A stretch of DNA of 64,000 nucleotides from Octopus bimaculoides (taxonomy: Eukaryota): contig NC_068989.1 in the NCBI RefSeq assembly GCF_001194135.2, positions 78,187,339 to 78,251,338 on the forward strand, written 5' to 3'. Positions 62,311 to 64,000 of the stretch are shown here, in pieces; the first letter of the stretch is position 1, and every line of letters starts with the position of its first letter. The position numbers were made by a program, and so were the translations under genes. The notes under the pieces were generated by a model. That model saw only the letters and a program-made list of their open reading frames with translations. It searched no databases and was not told the DNA's origin.

Positions 62311-63704
62311 TAATGCACACAATATTTACAATATTATCCGTTGCTGAATACACTAATAATATATTTTCTAAAGAACGTACGATATGATATTTAATTAAAA
62401 TAGTTATGGCAATGTAAAACTCATTTTAAATTGAATTGGTCTTTTCATATTTTTCGGGTGAGTGTGTACGATTGATTTTTGAATTGGTCTGATTCATATC
62501 TAATTAGGCATACCAACCAACTGTCTTACATAGTTCGGCAGAATAATAATTCAAAACTATTAGTTCTAAAATGTAAACATATTAAGTTCCATTATATAAA
62601 GTTCCATTTTATAACGAAATGAAATATCTCATTTACTAGCACGCTGTTACATAGATACCACCTCAAAGTTTCTATTTGTTTATACAAAGCATATACTTAT
62701 AAATCAATTTATTCAGTATCGCACACATGTATATGTTATTTTCAATTTAAATCTGTTCATATTACTATTATTTGCAATCTTCGAATTTTGAACGGTGGGG
62801 GAATGGCAGAATCACGAACTGCCTTATGGTACTTAGTTACCATACGTCCTAACTCAAGATCTCGTTGTGTCGATTCGCCTGTCATCATTTGAAGGTCCAT
62901 ATAAAAAGTGCGTGGTGCCAAGTATATCTCCAAATTTTTTGCCTATATAATAGGAAAACTTCAATTACCATGTAGGCACGTTTATATCCTGGACGCCTCG
63001 TATTTTATCAACCCCACCAAATTTGTGAACGTCTATGACCATGAGAGTTATTGTTAATAATTGGCAGTGGATTTTCAGTATCTTTAGGAAACCGGAAAAA
63101 ATTTAGCTGTATATAATGTAACGGACGTTTGCGTTCTGGGTGCATATGGCAAATATTTGGATTATGCTTTACGGTTTTTTTTTCCTGAAGAGTGGCGCAA
63201 AAACTAAGAGATAATCAGAAACAAAGATGGATCTTAGTCTGCTGTAGATTCTTAAACTTTTAGCTTCAAAGCTGATTTTTTATAACAGTTTCAAACCTTA
63301 CATAGATGGGCGGAATCAGTAAAGTAGTGGACAAAATGCTTCAGGATTTTTTATTGCATTTGTTTACGTTTTGAGTTCATATCAGTGTCTAACAAATGAT
63401 ATTCCAGTAGAGTACTTGTGTCAGTCTATGGATATAATTGTCTGAGAGATATCCATATTCGTGTATGGCCTGCAATATTTCATTATCTTTCTTAGTGTGC
63501 TGACTTGAAATGTATTCGAGGCTGATACAGATTCTCATCCATCCAATGTTATGAGAATAACGCCACCCCAATAGTGAAGAATATATACGCATAGAGACAG
63601 AAATGCATACATATACACACACACACGCATGTACACATGTCCGTACACACGCACGTCACACACACAAACACATACACACATATATATACATATATATGTT
63701 TGTA

Positions 63705-63737
<33 letters not shown>

Positions 63738-64000
63738 CAACCTTAATTCTTCTTTCCCCTTCGGACTCAACACAGCCTTCTCTTCCTTATGACTCTCCCC
63801 TTTACGTCCCTGCAACACTTTACATAATTTTTTATTTTTTATTTTTTTTTAACCCCCCCCCTCGTCCCCCTTACATTATATCCATTATTCTCTTGTTATT
63901 AGACTTACTTTTTTCTACTTTTTATCTCACCACTACCTACACGCACAAATACCCACATACCTTACATATATACCGCCCACATACATGACAAACATACATA

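Noticed and set aside
63389-63560. Minus-strand peptide ISLEYISSQHTKKDNEILQAIHEYGYLSDNYIHRLTQ
   Set aside because: No recognisable family, weak splice signals, and a length within chance expectation.

Overview
AT-rich, gene-poor animal genomic DNA, very probably from an octopus (coleoid cephalopod). This is inferred from its SINE families, its very dense compound (TA)n/(CA)n/(GA)n/(GAA)n/(GATA)n microsatellites and its (TA)n-flanked assembly gaps. I can support no intact protein-coding gene; almost all long ORFs in the track are microsatellite or N-gap artefacts. The window holds decayed mobile DNA: about 30 copies of at least four tRNA-derived SINE families, two mariner (D,D34D-type) elements, two maT/Tc1-like transposase remnants, CR1-, RTE- and R4/Dong-type LINE fragments, Penelope-like (PLE) RT and GIY-YIG fragments, and a Harbinger-like MITE. 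The most interesting signal is at 44081-44579: a non-coding 364-bp-period partial tandem repeat between (TA)n tracts that carries a recognisable minimal type I hammerhead ribozyme (44322-44366). This is the architecture of a retrozyme or PLE pseudo-LTR, and degenerate hammerhead relics lie nearby. Other notable structures are a ~425-bp fold-back made of inverted ~215-bp units (34582-35050), a spacer-less 106-bp palindrome (7275-7380), nested and clustered SINE insertions, and a few unexplained protein-like reading frames or candidate exons.
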